A stretch of DNA of 59,148 nucleotides, filler included, from Candidatus Woesearchaeota archaeon (lineage in GTDB: Archaea > Nanobdellota > Nanobdellia > Woesearchaeales > CG1-02-33-12), in NCBI GenBank assembly GCA_018399355.1. It is 5 parts of 5 records of this genome, joined end to end, with 100 filler letters (N's around TTAATTAATTAA, not from the genome) between each part and the next. Parts side by side here need not be neighbours in the genome. Positions count along the whole stretch, not along the records: positions 32,121 to 59,148 come from JAGYOA010000009.1; 4 more parts are not named here. One strand, 5' to 3'. Within the stretch, counting starts at the first letter, position 1. The number at the start of each line of letters is the position of its first letter. A program made the translations under genes and the position numbers. The notes under the pieces were generated by a model. The model had not been told where the DNA came from and made no database searches. It saw only the letters and a list, made by a program, of their open reading frames with translations. This document shows positions 36,685-46,792 of this stretch, piece by piece.

Positions 36685-38904
36685 ATGATAAAAGATTTTG
36701 AGCCAAGGCTTTACCAGCAGACAATCTTTGCAACTTGCGCAAGCAAAAACACCTTAGTTGTCCTGCCAACAGGGATGGGAAAAACAAATATTTTTCTTAT
36801 GTTAGCATCGCACAGATTAAAGCAGTATCCTAACTCAAAAATACTTTTTATAGGCCCAACAAGGCCCTTAATAGACCAGTATAAGGAGGTTTTCAAAAAG
36901 CATTTTGATATTGATGAAGATAAACTGGTTATTTTTACAGGAATGGTAAAACCGGAAAAAAGGGCAGAGCTTTGGAAAGACGCAAAAATAATCTTTTCAA
37001 CTCCACAAGGATTAGAAAATGACATAATCTCAAAAAGGATAAGCCTTGAGGAAGTAAGTTTATTAGGTTTTGATGAAGCGCACAAAGCAGTAAAGGATTA
37101 CTCTTATGTATGGGTTGCAAAACAATATAATAAGCTGGCAAGATATCCAAGAATAGTTGCATTAACAGCTTCTCCTGGCTCTGATATAGAACATATTTCT
37201 GAGGTATGCAACAACCTTTTCATAGAAGATATTGAAGTAAGAACAGAAAAAGATCCTGATGTAAAGCCTTATGTACAGGAGATGGAACTTGAATGGATTG
37301 AAGTTCAGATACCTGAAAGCTTTATCCAGATAAAGAATTACTTTAACGAATGCATGAAATCAAAGATAAAGGAAATAAAAAACCTCGGCTATACAACAGA
37401 TATCAATGGGAACACAAGCAAAAAAGACCTTCTTGCATTGCAGGGAAGTATACATTCTGAGATTGCTCATGGAAATAAGGATTACTCAATATTAAAAACA
37501 ATATCACTCATTGCAGAAATTATGAAAGTCCAGCACGGCCTTGAGCTTTTGGAAAGCCAGGGCATAACAGCTCTTCATACTTATCTTAACAAACTGAAAC
37601 AGGAGTCTTTCACAACAAAGGTAAAGGCTGTTAAAAATCTTGCAAATGACATTAACTTCAAATCTGCCCTGATAAAGACTGATTCCTTGTTTGAAAAAAA
37701 AATAGAGCATCCAAAACTTGAAAAGCTAAAAAATATTTTGAAAAATGAAATTGAAAAAAACAAGGATATGAAGATGATTGTCTTTAACCAGTATCGTGAC
37801 AATGCCCTTATGATTGTCAATGAGCTTAACAAGATGGAAAAAGTAAAATCAAGCCTTTTTGTGGGACAGATGAAAAAAGGTGATACGGGGATGACGCAGA
37901 AAAAGCAGAAAGAGATTCTTGACCAATTCAGGAATAATGAATTCAATGTTCTTGTATCAACTTCTATAGGGGAGGAAGGGCTTGACATACCAAAAGTAAA
38001 TACAGTTGTTTTTTATGAACCAATTCCCTCTGCAATAAGAACAATACAAAGAAAAGGCAGGACAGCAAGGCACGGGCAGGGAAGGGTTATTGTTCTTGTT
38101 GCAAAAAATACAAGGGATGTGTCTTACAGATGGTCTGCATTTCATAAAGAAAACCGCATGTACAGAACTCTTGAATCACTAAAAAGAAAGATAAGTTCTC
38201 CTCTTATGAATAATAAAAAAGAGGAAAATCTCAATAAGTTTATCTCTGAAGAAGACAAGGTAAAAATTTATGCAGATACAAGGGAAAAGGGCTCAGGAGT
38301 TATAAAAGAGCTCATAGAAATGGGAGTTGACATAAAGCTTGAGATGCTCAAAATTGGAGATTATGTCTGCAGTGAAAAGGTTGCTGTTGAGATAAAAACT
38401 GTAAAGGATTTTGTTGATTCTATTGTTGACAACAGATTATTACAACAGCTAAAGGAAATCAAGAGGAATTTTGAAAGGCCAATAGTTATTGTAGAGGGAA
38501 CAGAAGATATCTACTCAATGAGAAGGGTTCATCCTCATGCAATAAGGGGGATGATTGCAACAATTGCAGTGAGCTATGGAATTCCAATAATTTATTCCAA
38601 GAATTACAAGGAAACTTCCTCTTATCTTCATATAATTGCAAAAAGAGAGCAGGAAAATGGAAAAAAGGATTTTAGCCTTCATGGTGATAGAAAGCCATTA
38701 ACATTAAAAGAGCAGCAGGAGTATATTGTGAGTTCCTTGCCAGGAGTAGGACCAGCTTTAGCAAGGCCTTTATTAAAAAAGTTCAAGACCATAAAAAAGG
38801 TTATTAATGCAAGTGCTGAACAGCTTGAAAAAGTTGAAAAAATAGGTCCTAAAAAGGCCGCAGAAATAAAAAAGATTACTGAAAGTGAGTATAAAGATTC
38901 ATAG
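36685..38904 (+). CDS. hef: Hef helicase-nuclease (FANCM-like DEAH helicase + ERCC4 nuclease + HhH2)
   Basis: PRLYQ, LPTGMGKT, DEAH, LTASPG, EEGLDIP, QRKGRT; ADTRE...GDY...EIKTVKD; LPGVG and KIGPKKA. Confidence 0.95.
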   Translation: MIKDFEPRLYQQTIFATCASKNTLVVLPTGMGKTNIFLMLASHRLKQYPNSKILFIGPTRPLIDQYKEVFKKHFDIDEDKLVIFTGMVKPEKRAELWKDAKIIFSTPQGLENDIISKRISLEEVSLLGFDEAHKAVKDYSYVWVAKQYNKLARYPRIVALTASPGSDIEHISEVCNNLFIEDIEVRTEKDPDVKPYVQEMELEWIEVQIPESFIQIKNYFNECMKSKIKEIKNLGYTTDINGNTSKKDLLALQGSIHSEIAHGNKDYSILKTISLIAEIMKVQHGLELLESQGITALHTYLNKLKQESFTTKVKAVKNLANDINFKSALIKTDSLFEKKIEHPKLEKLKNILKNEIEKNKDMKMIVFNQYRDNALMIVNELNKMEKVKSSLFVGQMKKGDTGMTQKKQKEILDQFRNNEFNVLVSTSIGEEGLDIPKVNTVVFYEPIPSAIRTIQRKGRTARHGQGRVIVLVAKNTRDVSYRWSAFHKENRMYRTLESLKRKISSPLMNNKKEENLNKFISEEDKVKIYADTREKGSGVIKELIEMGVDIKLEMLKIGDYVCSEKVAVEIKTVKDFVDSIVDNRLLQQLKEIKRNFERPIVIVEGTEDIYSMRRVHPHAIRGMIATIAVSYGIPIIYSKNYKETSSYLHIIAKREQENGKKDFSLHGDRKPLTLKEQQEYIVSSLPGVGPALARPLLKKFKTIKKVINASAEQLEKVEKIGPKKAAEIKKITESEYKDS

Positions 38905-39345
38905 TTTTTTCTTCATTTCAATCCCTGTTAACTGGCCTCTCTGATATTCTTTTTTGATTTCTTTGTATCCTAATTTTTTGTAAAAACCAAGAGCAGTTGG
39001 CCCAGATGTTAAGATTGATTTCTTATAACCTCTATCTTTTAAGATTGATTCAGTATTTTTCATTAGTTGTTTTCCAATGCCTTTTCCTATCATTGAAGAA
39101 TCCATAAATACAGAACAGATATAATTTTTCTCAATCGCAGCTGTTCCAATAATCTTATTTTTTTCAACTGCAACAAAGATTTCTCTTTTCTTTGAAAGTT
39201 TTTTAATCTCTTCTGGTGAATACTCGCTGCATTGCTCTTTAATTGCAAACAAAGGGCTGTCTTTTGTGTTAACCTTCATCAATGTTGTGCATATTAGTTT
39301 AGAGGCCTCTTCTGCATCATTTTCATTGAATTTTCTTATGTGCAT
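38899..39345 (-). CDS. GNAT N-acetyltransferase
   Basis: IGKGIGKQLM, ALGFYKKLGY. Confidence 0.88.
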   Translation of the reverse strand: MHIRKFNENDAEEASKLICTTLMKVNTKDSPLFAIKEQCSEYSPEEIKKLSKKREIFVAVEKNKIIGTAAIEKNYICSVFMDSSMIGKGIGKQLMKNTESILKDRGYKKSILTSGPTALGFYKKLGYKEIKKEYQRGQLTGIEMKKKL

Positions 39346-39387
39346 ATTAATAAAATAGATTAATAAGAATATAAATCTTGCTCTTAT

Positions 39388-40233
39388 TTAAAAATTCATG
39401 CTCTTTAGCTTGTTTATTCTTTGCTTCATTGGAGGATGTGTTGAGAAAAGGTTTAATAGGCCTCCTCTGAAAGGATTTGAGATAAACATTGCTGATGTTG
39501 CCTTGCTGCCAAAGGGCATTGGTTTTGCATGGATTCCATGTTCAAGCTTTTCAAGAGCGCTCGCTAATCCAAAACCATTATGTAATGTTTTTGCAGCTGT
39601 CTCATCTGCCAAAAATTCTCTTGACCTTGAGATTGCTAATTGCAATAAAGTTGCAACTATAGGAGTTATTATTGCTAAAAATAAAAGCTCCATTATCGAG
39701 CCGCCATCTCTGTCTCTTCCACCAAAGCCGCCGAATATTGCTGCCCATCTTGCCATAAAAGCAACATAAGATATTACTCCTGCAATGGTTGCTGCAACTA
39801 CTTGAATTAAAGTATCTCTATTTTTTATATGGCTTGCCTCGTGTGCTATAACTCCTTTTAATTCATCATCATTTAATAATTCCATTATTCCCTCTGTGCA
39901 TGCAACTGCTGCATTTTTTGGGTTTCTTCCAGTTGCAAAAGCGTTTGGGCTTTTTGTTGGAATTATGTAAATCTTTGGCATTGGTAAATTTGCCAGTTGC
40001 ACAACTTCTCTAACAAGCTTGTGAAGTCTTGGGGCTTCGCTCTCACTTACTTCCCTAGCATGATACATCTTAAGAACTATCTTGTCTGAAAACCAGTAAG
40101 AGCCAAAGTTGAAGATTATCACAAAAATGAATGCTATAACTAATCCAGAAGTACCCCAAAAAGAGCCTATCCAAAGCAATAAGGCTGTCAATAAAGCTAA
40201 TAACAAAAATGTTTTTAGTTGATTTTTTATCAT
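39388..40233 (-). CDS. htpX: zinc metalloprotease HtpX (M48)
   Basis: PNAFATGRNP, AHEASH, SRSREFLAD, FSTHPP. Confidence 0.96.
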   Translation of the reverse strand: MIKNQLKTFLLLALLTALLLWIGSFWGTSGLVIAFIFVIIFNFGSYWFSDKIVLKMYHAREVSESEAPRLHKLVREVVQLANLPMPKIYIIPTKSPNAFATGRNPKNAAVACTEGIMELLNDDELKGVIAHEASHIKNRDTLIQVVAATIAGVISYVAFMARWAAIFGGFGGRDRDGGSIMELLFLAIITPIVATLLQLAISRSREFLADETAAKTLHNGFGLASALEKLEHGIHAKPMPFGSKATSAMFISNPFRGGLLNLFSTHPPMKQRINKLKSMNF

Positions 40234-40360
40234 GATTACCCCTTAAAACAGAGATATTATAGTTGTATTTAAAATTGTTGGTTTTAAAATATATAATCAA
40301 TTTATAATGATTCTATTATAAAAAAGCTTATATACAGTTTTGAAATTTAAAACTAAAAAA

Positions 40361-41008
40361 ATGGCAAACACATACAAAAATACTCTGAAAAAAATAGGAT
40401 ATAACAAAACCCAGATTAAAGATATAATGGATGTTTCTATAAGGGAAGATGTTAAGGGTTTAGTTAATATAACAAGAGCTGTTTACAGAGAATATCTCTA
40501 TCATCCTATAGGAAATGAAGAAAATCAAAAAAGAAAATATAAAAATATATTAAAAAAAATGGATTCAATTTATTCAAATGCAAGCATTATTCATGCAATG
40601 ATAGGTATGTATTCTCCGGATGAGGAATATAAGTGCATTGCAGGAATAAAGTGGACAAAAAAGAACCTTCTTCCTTTTGTTAAGGAATATGATGAAGAAA
40701 ACAGCATAATAGGAGAAATCATCGAAGCATCAATTCCAGGATATTGCATGGATTTGGCTAATCAGGCAAAAAAAATCTATAACAACCACTTTCCAAATTC
40801 AGTGTATTATGGAAAAAGCAAGATAGAAGATACAAAAAAGATAAGAGAAAAAGCTAAAAAGATTTACTCAATGGCTTTTATTTTAGAAGGAAAAATAGAC
40901 GCATGTAATTCAGATAACAACGAGATGACTATATACAGAATGATGTTGGAGGATGTAAAAGATAATTTATTGCCATTTATTAAAGGAAGAAATGTTGTAA
41001 CTGCTTAA
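40361..41008 (+). CDS. hypothetical protein
   Basis: Long ORF with no motif recognised. Confidence 0.65.
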   Translation: MANTYKNTLKKIGYNKTQIKDIMDVSIREDVKGLVNITRAVYREYLYHPIGNEENQKRKYKNILKKMDSIYSNASIIHAMIGMYSPDEEYKCIAGIKWTKKNLLPFVKEYDEENSIIGEIIEASIPGYCMDLANQAKKIYNNHFPNSVYYGKSKIEDTKKIREKAKKIYSMAFILEGKIDACNSDNNEMTIYRMMLEDVKDNLLPFIKGRNVVTA

Positions 41009-41349
41009 TTTTTTTCTAAATATTTTGTTATTCCCTCTATCTGCCTGAGTTTTGTGTTCTTGAAAATAAATTCCCTTGGCCCCTTATCCACCCTCACGCC
41101 AAGTCTTTGCAGTCCTGAATTAAGCTTTCCAAAAAGCTTTTTTCCCTCTTTGTCAAGGTCTGTTAGAATAATAACATCCTTATGTTTTTTTGCAGCATTC
41201 TCAATAATCTCATAAACAGGTTTTTTGCTGAGTGTTATTATATTCTTAATCCCAAGCTGTTCAAGCGCAGCCTTGTCCTTTTTTCCTTCAACTATTATTG
41301 CTTTATTTCTTTCTCTGAGAATTCTTAAAAAATCATCCATTGTTTCCAT
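41005..41349 (-). CDS. small TOPRIM protein (RNase M5-like, COG1658)
   Basis: IIVEGKKD, IILTDLDKEG. Confidence 0.9.
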   Translation of the reverse strand: METMDDFLRILRERNKAIIVEGKKDKAALEQLGIKNIITLSKKPVYEIIENAAKKHKDVIILTDLDKEGKKLFGKLNSGLQRLGVRVDKGPREFIFKNTKLRQIEGITKYLEKN

Positions 41350-41432
41350 TAAAAACAATATTTGTTTTTCATTAATAAATGTTTAGCTTGAAAACCAAAA
41401 ACTATTAAATAAAATAGGCTTTAGATTGTTTT

Positions 41433-42932
41433 ATGATAGATATAGAAACTGCCCTCAGGCATTACAAGAGAAAGGATGTGCAGGATGAGATGCTTGCAGA
41501 TTCTAAAAACAAAGAGGTAGTTGCACGTTTTGGCGATAAGGGATTTGGAAAAAGACCTGACACCTTAAACTATCCAAGTGATATAACAGAGCAGGTTAAA
41601 AATGGGGCAACATCATTCCATATATCTGAAGAAAGATGGGCTAATCCATTAAGCCTTACTACTCCCATGACTAAAAAAGAGATGGATAACCTAAGAATAG
41701 GATGGGATTTGGTTATTGACATTGATTTTGAAATCTGGGAGATAACAAAAATGATTGGGCATAAGATAATTAATGCTTTAAAAGAGCATGGAATAAGTTC
41801 AATAAGCTGCAAATTTTCAGGAAATAAGGGCTTTCATATCGGTGTTCCCTTTGAGGCCTTTCCCGATAAAGTGCATGGCTATGAAACAAGACTTCTTTTT
41901 CCAGAAGCAACAAAGCGTGTTGTAAGTTATTTGGCAGATTACATAGACAGCAAGGAAAATAATTTTCAGCTTTCAAAAAAAATCCTTGAGAACAAAGAAT
42001 TTAAGGATATCATGAAAGACAATGAAAAAAACAAGAACCTAATAAAAGAAATATGTTTGAATTGTGGAAAGAAAATCAGTGAAGATGAATCAAAGCAGAT
42101 TGAGTTTATCTGCCCAAAGTGTGGAAAGCATGTTAAGGCAGATAATTCTAAAAAGTATATGATATGCGAGAAAGACAATGTTTACATGGAAAGAATAGAT
42201 GAAATTAATGATAAAAAATGCCCAAAGTGCGGGTCTAAGGATTTTGGAAAAAAGGTAAATCTCTTTATTGATACACTCCTTATATCTCCAAGGCATTTAT
42301 ATAGAATGACTTATTCTCTCCATGAAAAATCAGGGCTTGCATCAATTCCAATTTTACCTGAAAAGATTCTTGAATTTGAGAAAAAGGAAGCAAGGCCAGA
42401 AATATTAAGAATCAGCAAATACAAATTTCTAGACAAAAGAAATGTAAAAAAAGGAGAAGCAACAAAGCTTATCATACAGGCCTTTGACTACAATCCTCAA
42501 AGTGAGGAAGATAATGAAAGGATTGAAAGAAAAGAGTACGAGCCGCTTAAATTTGCTCTCCAGGAAGATTTCTTTCCGCCGTGCATAAAAAAAGGATTAA
42601 AAGGATTAAAAGATGGGAAAAAAAGGTTTTCTTTCTTGCTGATAAATTTTTTAACAAGCGTTGCCTGGGATTACGAAAAGATAGAAAAATTAGTTATTGA
42701 ATGGAACAAAAAAAATGAAGAGCCGTTAAGAGAAGCTGATCTTTTGGCCAAGGTAAGATATCATAAAACAAACAAAAAGAAAATTCTACCACCAAACTGC
42801 AGCAATGCTGCTTATTACAAGGATATAGGTATATGCGAGCCTGACAACCTATGCAATAAAATAAAAAACCCTGTCAACTACAGCAGGATAAAAGCAAGGT
42901 CCATAAAGAAAAGAAAATCAAAAAAAGAATAA
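41433..42932 (+). CDS. fused archaeal DNA primase (PriS-PriL) with a zinc-ribbon insertion
   Basis: WDLVIDID, FSGNKGFH, RHLYRMTYSLHEKSG; C-terminal Fe-S cysteines FPPC...PPNC...GIC...LC, NPVNY. Confidence 0.9.
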   Translation: MIDIETALRHYKRKDVQDEMLADSKNKEVVARFGDKGFGKRPDTLNYPSDITEQVKNGATSFHISEERWANPLSLTTPMTKKEMDNLRIGWDLVIDIDFEIWEITKMIGHKIINALKEHGISSISCKFSGNKGFHIGVPFEAFPDKVHGYETRLLFPEATKRVVSYLADYIDSKENNFQLSKKILENKEFKDIMKDNEKNKNLIKEICLNCGKKISEDESKQIEFICPKCGKHVKADNSKKYMICEKDNVYMERIDEINDKKCPKCGSKDFGKKVNLFIDTLLISPRHLYRMTYSLHEKSGLASIPILPEKILEFEKKEARPEILRISKYKFLDKRNVKKGEATKLIIQAFDYNPQSEEDNERIERKEYEPLKFALQEDFFPPCIKKGLKGLKDGKKRFSFLLINFLTSVAWDYEKIEKLVIEWNKKNEEPLREADLLAKVRYHKTNKKKILPPNCSNAAYYKDIGICEPDNLCNKIKNPVNYSRIKARSIKKRKSKKE

Positions 42933-43024
42933 ATTCAGATTTTTTAAATAATCTACAAAAAATTCGCTTTCTTTCCGAAAAAAGTTAAAAAGATTTTATA
43001 AACTAGTTATAAGAATCCAGTTTT

Positions 43025-43988
43025 ATGAAAAATAAAAACAAAGAGATAAAATTCAATTTTTATAACAACTTGCTAGAAGATATAAAATCAATATTACAGA
43101 AAGGGCTCACAAAAGCATACAAAGAAGTTGATAATATCAAAGTGCAGACTTACTGGCAAATTGGAGAAAGAATTGTAAGAGAAGAGATAAAACAGAAAAG
43201 AGCAGGATATGGGAAAGAAATTATCAAAAAATTATCAATGGACTTAAAGATTCATGAAAGAACTTTGTATAGGGTTGTAAAATTTTATAAAGAATATCCA
43301 ATTTTGACAACAGTGTTGTCAGAATTAAGTTGGTCTCATTATCTCATATTAATTGATATTAATGATAATCAACAAAGAAATTTTTATGAAATGATGTCTG
43401 TTAAGGAAAGTTGGAGCGTCAGAGAACTGAAAAAAAGGTTAAAAAACAAAGAATATGAAAAAGTAAGAAAAAAAGGTAAGATAATAATAAATTTAGAAAA
43501 AAAGATTCCTTTAGCTGAAGAAGTTTTTAAAGATACTTATGATTTTAAATTCCTGGATTTGAAAAAAGATTATAAAGAAGAAGACTTGAAAAATGAATTA
43601 ATAAAAAAAACTAGAAAATTTCCTGCATGAGCTTGGCTCAGATTTCTTTATTGGAAGAAGAGAAGTTCCTGTGTTAGTTGAAGGTAATTATGATAAGGTT
43701 GACCTTGAATTGTTTCATTCAGGATTATTATGTTATATTTTAGTGGAAATAAAAACAGAGAAGTTTAAGCATTCTCACGTCAGCCAGATGTATTCTTACT
43801 TAAATTGGTATAAAGAAAATAAATGCAGTCCAAAGCAAAATAAGCCAATAGGCCTTATCATCTGCAAAACAAAAGAAAAGGAAACAGTTCACTACGCTTT
43901 AGGTGACTTAAAAAAAGAAATCTTTGTAGCACAATATAAAACAAGACTCCCAAGCCAGAGTGAAATAAGGTATAGATTAACAGGATAA
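43025..43988 (+). pseudogene. YhcG/DUF1016 PDDEXK nuclease split by one extra A in an A8 run
   Basis: N-part: YWQIGERIV, LSWSHY, WSVREL, KDTYDFKFL. The +1 frame continues LENFLHELGSDF...VDLELFH...LVEIK...QMYSYL...IGLIIC. Confidence 0.85.
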
Positions 43989-44039
43989 GTAAATTAATAT
44001 TAAGCAAATTTTATATAGTTTCATCTCTTTCTTTTAATT

Positions 44040-44459
44040 ATGGAATACAAAAAATTTCAAAACAAATATATTTTAAGGATTGACAAGGGAGAAGAAATAG
44101 TTGAAACATTGAAGAAATTCTGCGAGGACAATGACATAAAACTCGGGACAATAACAGGCCTAGGAGCAACAAACAATGCAAAGGTTGGATTGTACAACAT
44201 AGAAGAAAAAAAATATTACTCAAAAGAGCTTACTGGTGACCATGAGATTGCTCCATTATATGGAAATATCTCAACAATGGATGGTAAAGTATACTTGCAT
44301 GTTCATGCAAACTTATGCAACCAGGAAAATAAGTCTTTTGGAGGACATTTAAATTCAGCTATTGTAAGCGCAACCTTTGAGGCAGTTATTGAGGTCATTG
44401 ATGGAGAAGTAGAAAGAGAATTTAGTGAAGAAATAGGCTTAAACCTTTACAAGTTTTAA
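44040..44459 (+). CDS. PPC-domain (DUF296) protein
   Basis: RIDKGEEI, GLGA, GNIS, HVHA, GGHL, TFE. Confidence 0.92.
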   Translation: MEYKKFQNKYILRIDKGEEIVETLKKFCEDNDIKLGTITGLGATNNAKVGLYNIEEKKYYSKELTGDHEIAPLYGNISTMDGKVYLHVHANLCNQENKSFGGHLNSAIVSATFEAVIEVIDGEVEREFSEEIGLNLYKF

Positions 44460-44579
44460 TTTTTAATTCTTTTATTTATTAATCATGATAGTGTTACCAC
44501 TAAATAATGTCTAAAAAACCGAAAGATTTATATAGTATTGTAATTACTTAATAGTAAATAAACCTAAAGAGGTATAAAA

Positions 44580-44975
44580 ATGGATAAATTCGAACAATTG
44601 AAGGAAAATTTGGTTAACTCATTCCGTCTGGCAAAGACAGATATAATTGAAACAAAGCAAGATGTTATATCAATAAGCAGGACACAGGAGAGTATAATAG
44701 AGACAATCAGCCAGATTAAGGAAGAGCAGGCAAGGTTGGTTGAAAAAGTCAAGGCACTTGAGAGAAAAACAGCAGAAAAGAAAAATGAAAAAGTTCTTGT
44801 AAAAAGCAACGGAAAGAGAGCTCAAAAGATTTTTGTTGCACCTAAAAACGGCTCATTGTTTCATGAGAAAAACTGCCCTTTTGCACAGAACATAAAGCCA
44901 AGAAACAAGCTTACCTTTAAATCCAAGGTTAAGGCATTAAACGAAGGATTTAAGCCATGTAAGTGCATAAAATAA
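44580..44975 (+). CDS. coiled-coil protein with a C-terminal Ada-like zinc-binding domain
   Basis: FVAPKNGSLFHEKNCPFAQNIKPRN...ALNEGFKPCKC; GAGGT SD. Confidence 0.75.
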   Translation: MDKFEQLKENLVNSFRLAKTDIIETKQDVISISRTQESIIETISQIKEEQARLVEKVKALERKTAEKKNEKVLVKSNGKRAQKIFVAPKNGSLFHEKNCPFAQNIKPRNKLTFKSKVKALNEGFKPCKCIK

Positions 44976-45026
44976 TTTTTATTTTTTATCAAAAAGTTTT
45001 TATTTACAATGTTAATTCTATAGCAT

Positions 45027-45425
45027 ATGAAGGCAAGACGCAAACTTAAATCCACTTTTAAGTTCACTTTTCAGCTGATAGGCGAACTGATAGCTGGTTT
45101 TGTTTTTGCTATTATAGGGGCTTATATAGGATACAACACATACAGCGGAGACCTTTTCGGTATGGGAAAGCTAATTGGCTCCTTGGTTGGATTTTTTTTG
45201 GGTTATCCTATTGGTGTGTTTTTAGGAATATACTTTTTTGGAAAGATTCTGAAGATAGAAGGAACATTGCTTGAATCATTTATGGGTATTGGAGCAGCAA
45301 TAATACTGTTTTTGTTTTTTGCAGAACCCCTTAACCTAAGCAGCAGACCCTATCTTCTTTTCGCAACCTTTATTGCTCTGTTTCCTATTCTTGGAACAAT
45401 GGGTTATTATTACAAGCTGAAATAA
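45027..45425 (+). CDS. four-TM membrane protein
   Basis: Gly-rich hydrophobic helices. Confidence 0.7.
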   Translation: MKARRKLKSTFKFTFQLIGELIAGFVFAIIGAYIGYNTYSGDLFGMGKLIGSLVGFFLGYPIGVFLGIYFFGKILKIEGTLLESFMGIGAAIILFLFFAEPLNLSSRPYLLFATFIALFPILGTMGYYYKLK

Positions 45426-45426
45426 T

Positions 45427-45828
45427 TTATTTTCTGAATTTTTTTAAGAATTCTTCAATGATTTTATTGTGGTTAAATCCAAGTTTCATCTTTCTTATTT
45501 CTTTTATTGAAAACCAATCGCATTCCAAAACATATTTTGGATTTATTTTTATTTTGCCATTTATCTTTCCATAGAAATACAAAACTACTGTTGGTTTATT
45601 TTCAAATTTTTCATAATTATATATAAAAAAATTTGGATGAAAATCACAGTCAATGTCGCATTTAACCTCTTGTTTTACTGCCTCAATAGGATCAGAAACC
45701 CTTGCAAAGGCCCCGCAGCCTCCAGGAAAACTCCAGAAATCCTTGAATGGCTCTCTTGCCCTTTTTATCAAGAGAAATTTCTCATCATCAAAAATTATTG
45801 CTGCAGTTACAAGCAAAGGCTGCTCCAT
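45427..45828 (-). CDS. NUDIX-fold protein with a degenerate Nudix box
   Basis: FLLIKRAREPFKDFWSFPGG, EVKCD, WFS, LGFNH. Confidence 0.8.
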   Translation of the reverse strand: MEQPLLVTAAIIFDDEKFLLIKRAREPFKDFWSFPGGCGAFARVSDPIEAVKQEVKCDIDCDFHPNFFIYNYEKFENKPTVVLYFYGKINGKIKINPKYVLECDWFSIKEIRKMKLGFNHNKIIEEFLKKFRK

Positions 45829-46769
45829 CTTAAATCATCCTCATAAATGTCTTTTATCTCGCTTATGTTTTTTGTTTTTGTGAGATTATATCTTGTATTT
45901 TTTGATACTCCTTTGGTGAATCGCATTGCATGTTGCTTTATCTCTGTAAAATTCCTGTTGTTCTCGTATTTTTCATAATAATTTAAAAACTTAAAAAAAG
46001 CTTTCTTTTTATCTTTTCCATTTGGTTCCGGAGTGTTTTTTCTGTCTTTAAGCAATGAATTTATTCTTTTAAAGATAAATGGATTTCCAATACAGCCGCG
46101 GCCGACCATAACACCATCACATCTTGTTTTCTCAATCATTGATTTTGCATCATCTGGACGAAAAATATCTCCATTACCAATTATTGGGACCCTGGATGCC
46201 TTTTTTGATTTTTTTATTTCATTTAAATCAGCTTTTCCTGAATAACCTTGCCTTACATTTCTTGCATGTATAGTTATTGCATCAACACCCAAATCATTAA
46301 GAATTTTTATTGTTTTAATGGTATTGATTGATTTTTCATTCCATCCTGTTCTTATCTTTGCAGTTATAGGCTTATTTGTATTATTTATTATTGGTTTTAG
46401 AATCTTGCTTATCTGCTCTGGGTGTTTTGAAAAAAATCCTCCTGCCTTATTTTCTATGATCTTTCTATCCGGGCATCCCAGGTTAACATCAATAACATCT
46501 GCATATTTCTCGATGATTATTGCTGCTTCTTTCATATTTTCTGTATCTGCCCCCACAAGCTGAACAATTATTGGTTTCTCTTTTTTAAGAAAACATGTTT
46601 TTTTTATAACCCTTTCGGGCCTTGCAACAAGATTATTTGCGTAAATCATTGGTGTACTAACAAGCCCTGCCCCATATTCATGGCAAATTAACCTAAAGGA
46701 AGCGCAGTTCACTCCGGCCATCGGGGCCATAATAACATTTGACTTTAAATCAAGCTTTCCTATTCTCAT
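45807..46769 (-). CDS. dus: tRNA-dihydrouridine synthase (DusB/NifR3-like)
   Basis: APMAG, DVNLGCP, TAKIRTG, TIHAR, IGNGDI, MVGRGCIGNP. Confidence 0.92.
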   Translation of the reverse strand: MRIGKLDLKSNVIMAPMAGVNCASFRLICHEYGAGLVSTPMIYANNLVARPERVIKKTCFLKKEKPIIVQLVGADTENMKEAAIIIEKYADVIDVNLGCPDRKIIENKAGGFFSKHPEQISKILKPIINNTNKPITAKIRTGWNEKSINTIKTIKILNDLGVDAITIHARNVRQGYSGKADLNEIKKSKKASRVPIIGNGDIFRPDDAKSMIEKTRCDGVMVGRGCIGNPFIFKRINSLLKDRKNTPEPNGKDKKKAFFKFLNYYEKYENNRNFTEIKQHAMRFTKGVSKNTRYNLTKTKNISEIKDIYEDDLRWSSLCL

Positions 46770-46792
46770 AAGAAATAGTTTTTAAAAATCCT

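Noticed and set aside
36685..38904. ERK to EIK change in the Hef nuclease motif as inactivation
   Set aside because: The acidic residues and Lys (GDY, E-x-K, D) are retained, so there is too little evidence for loss of activity
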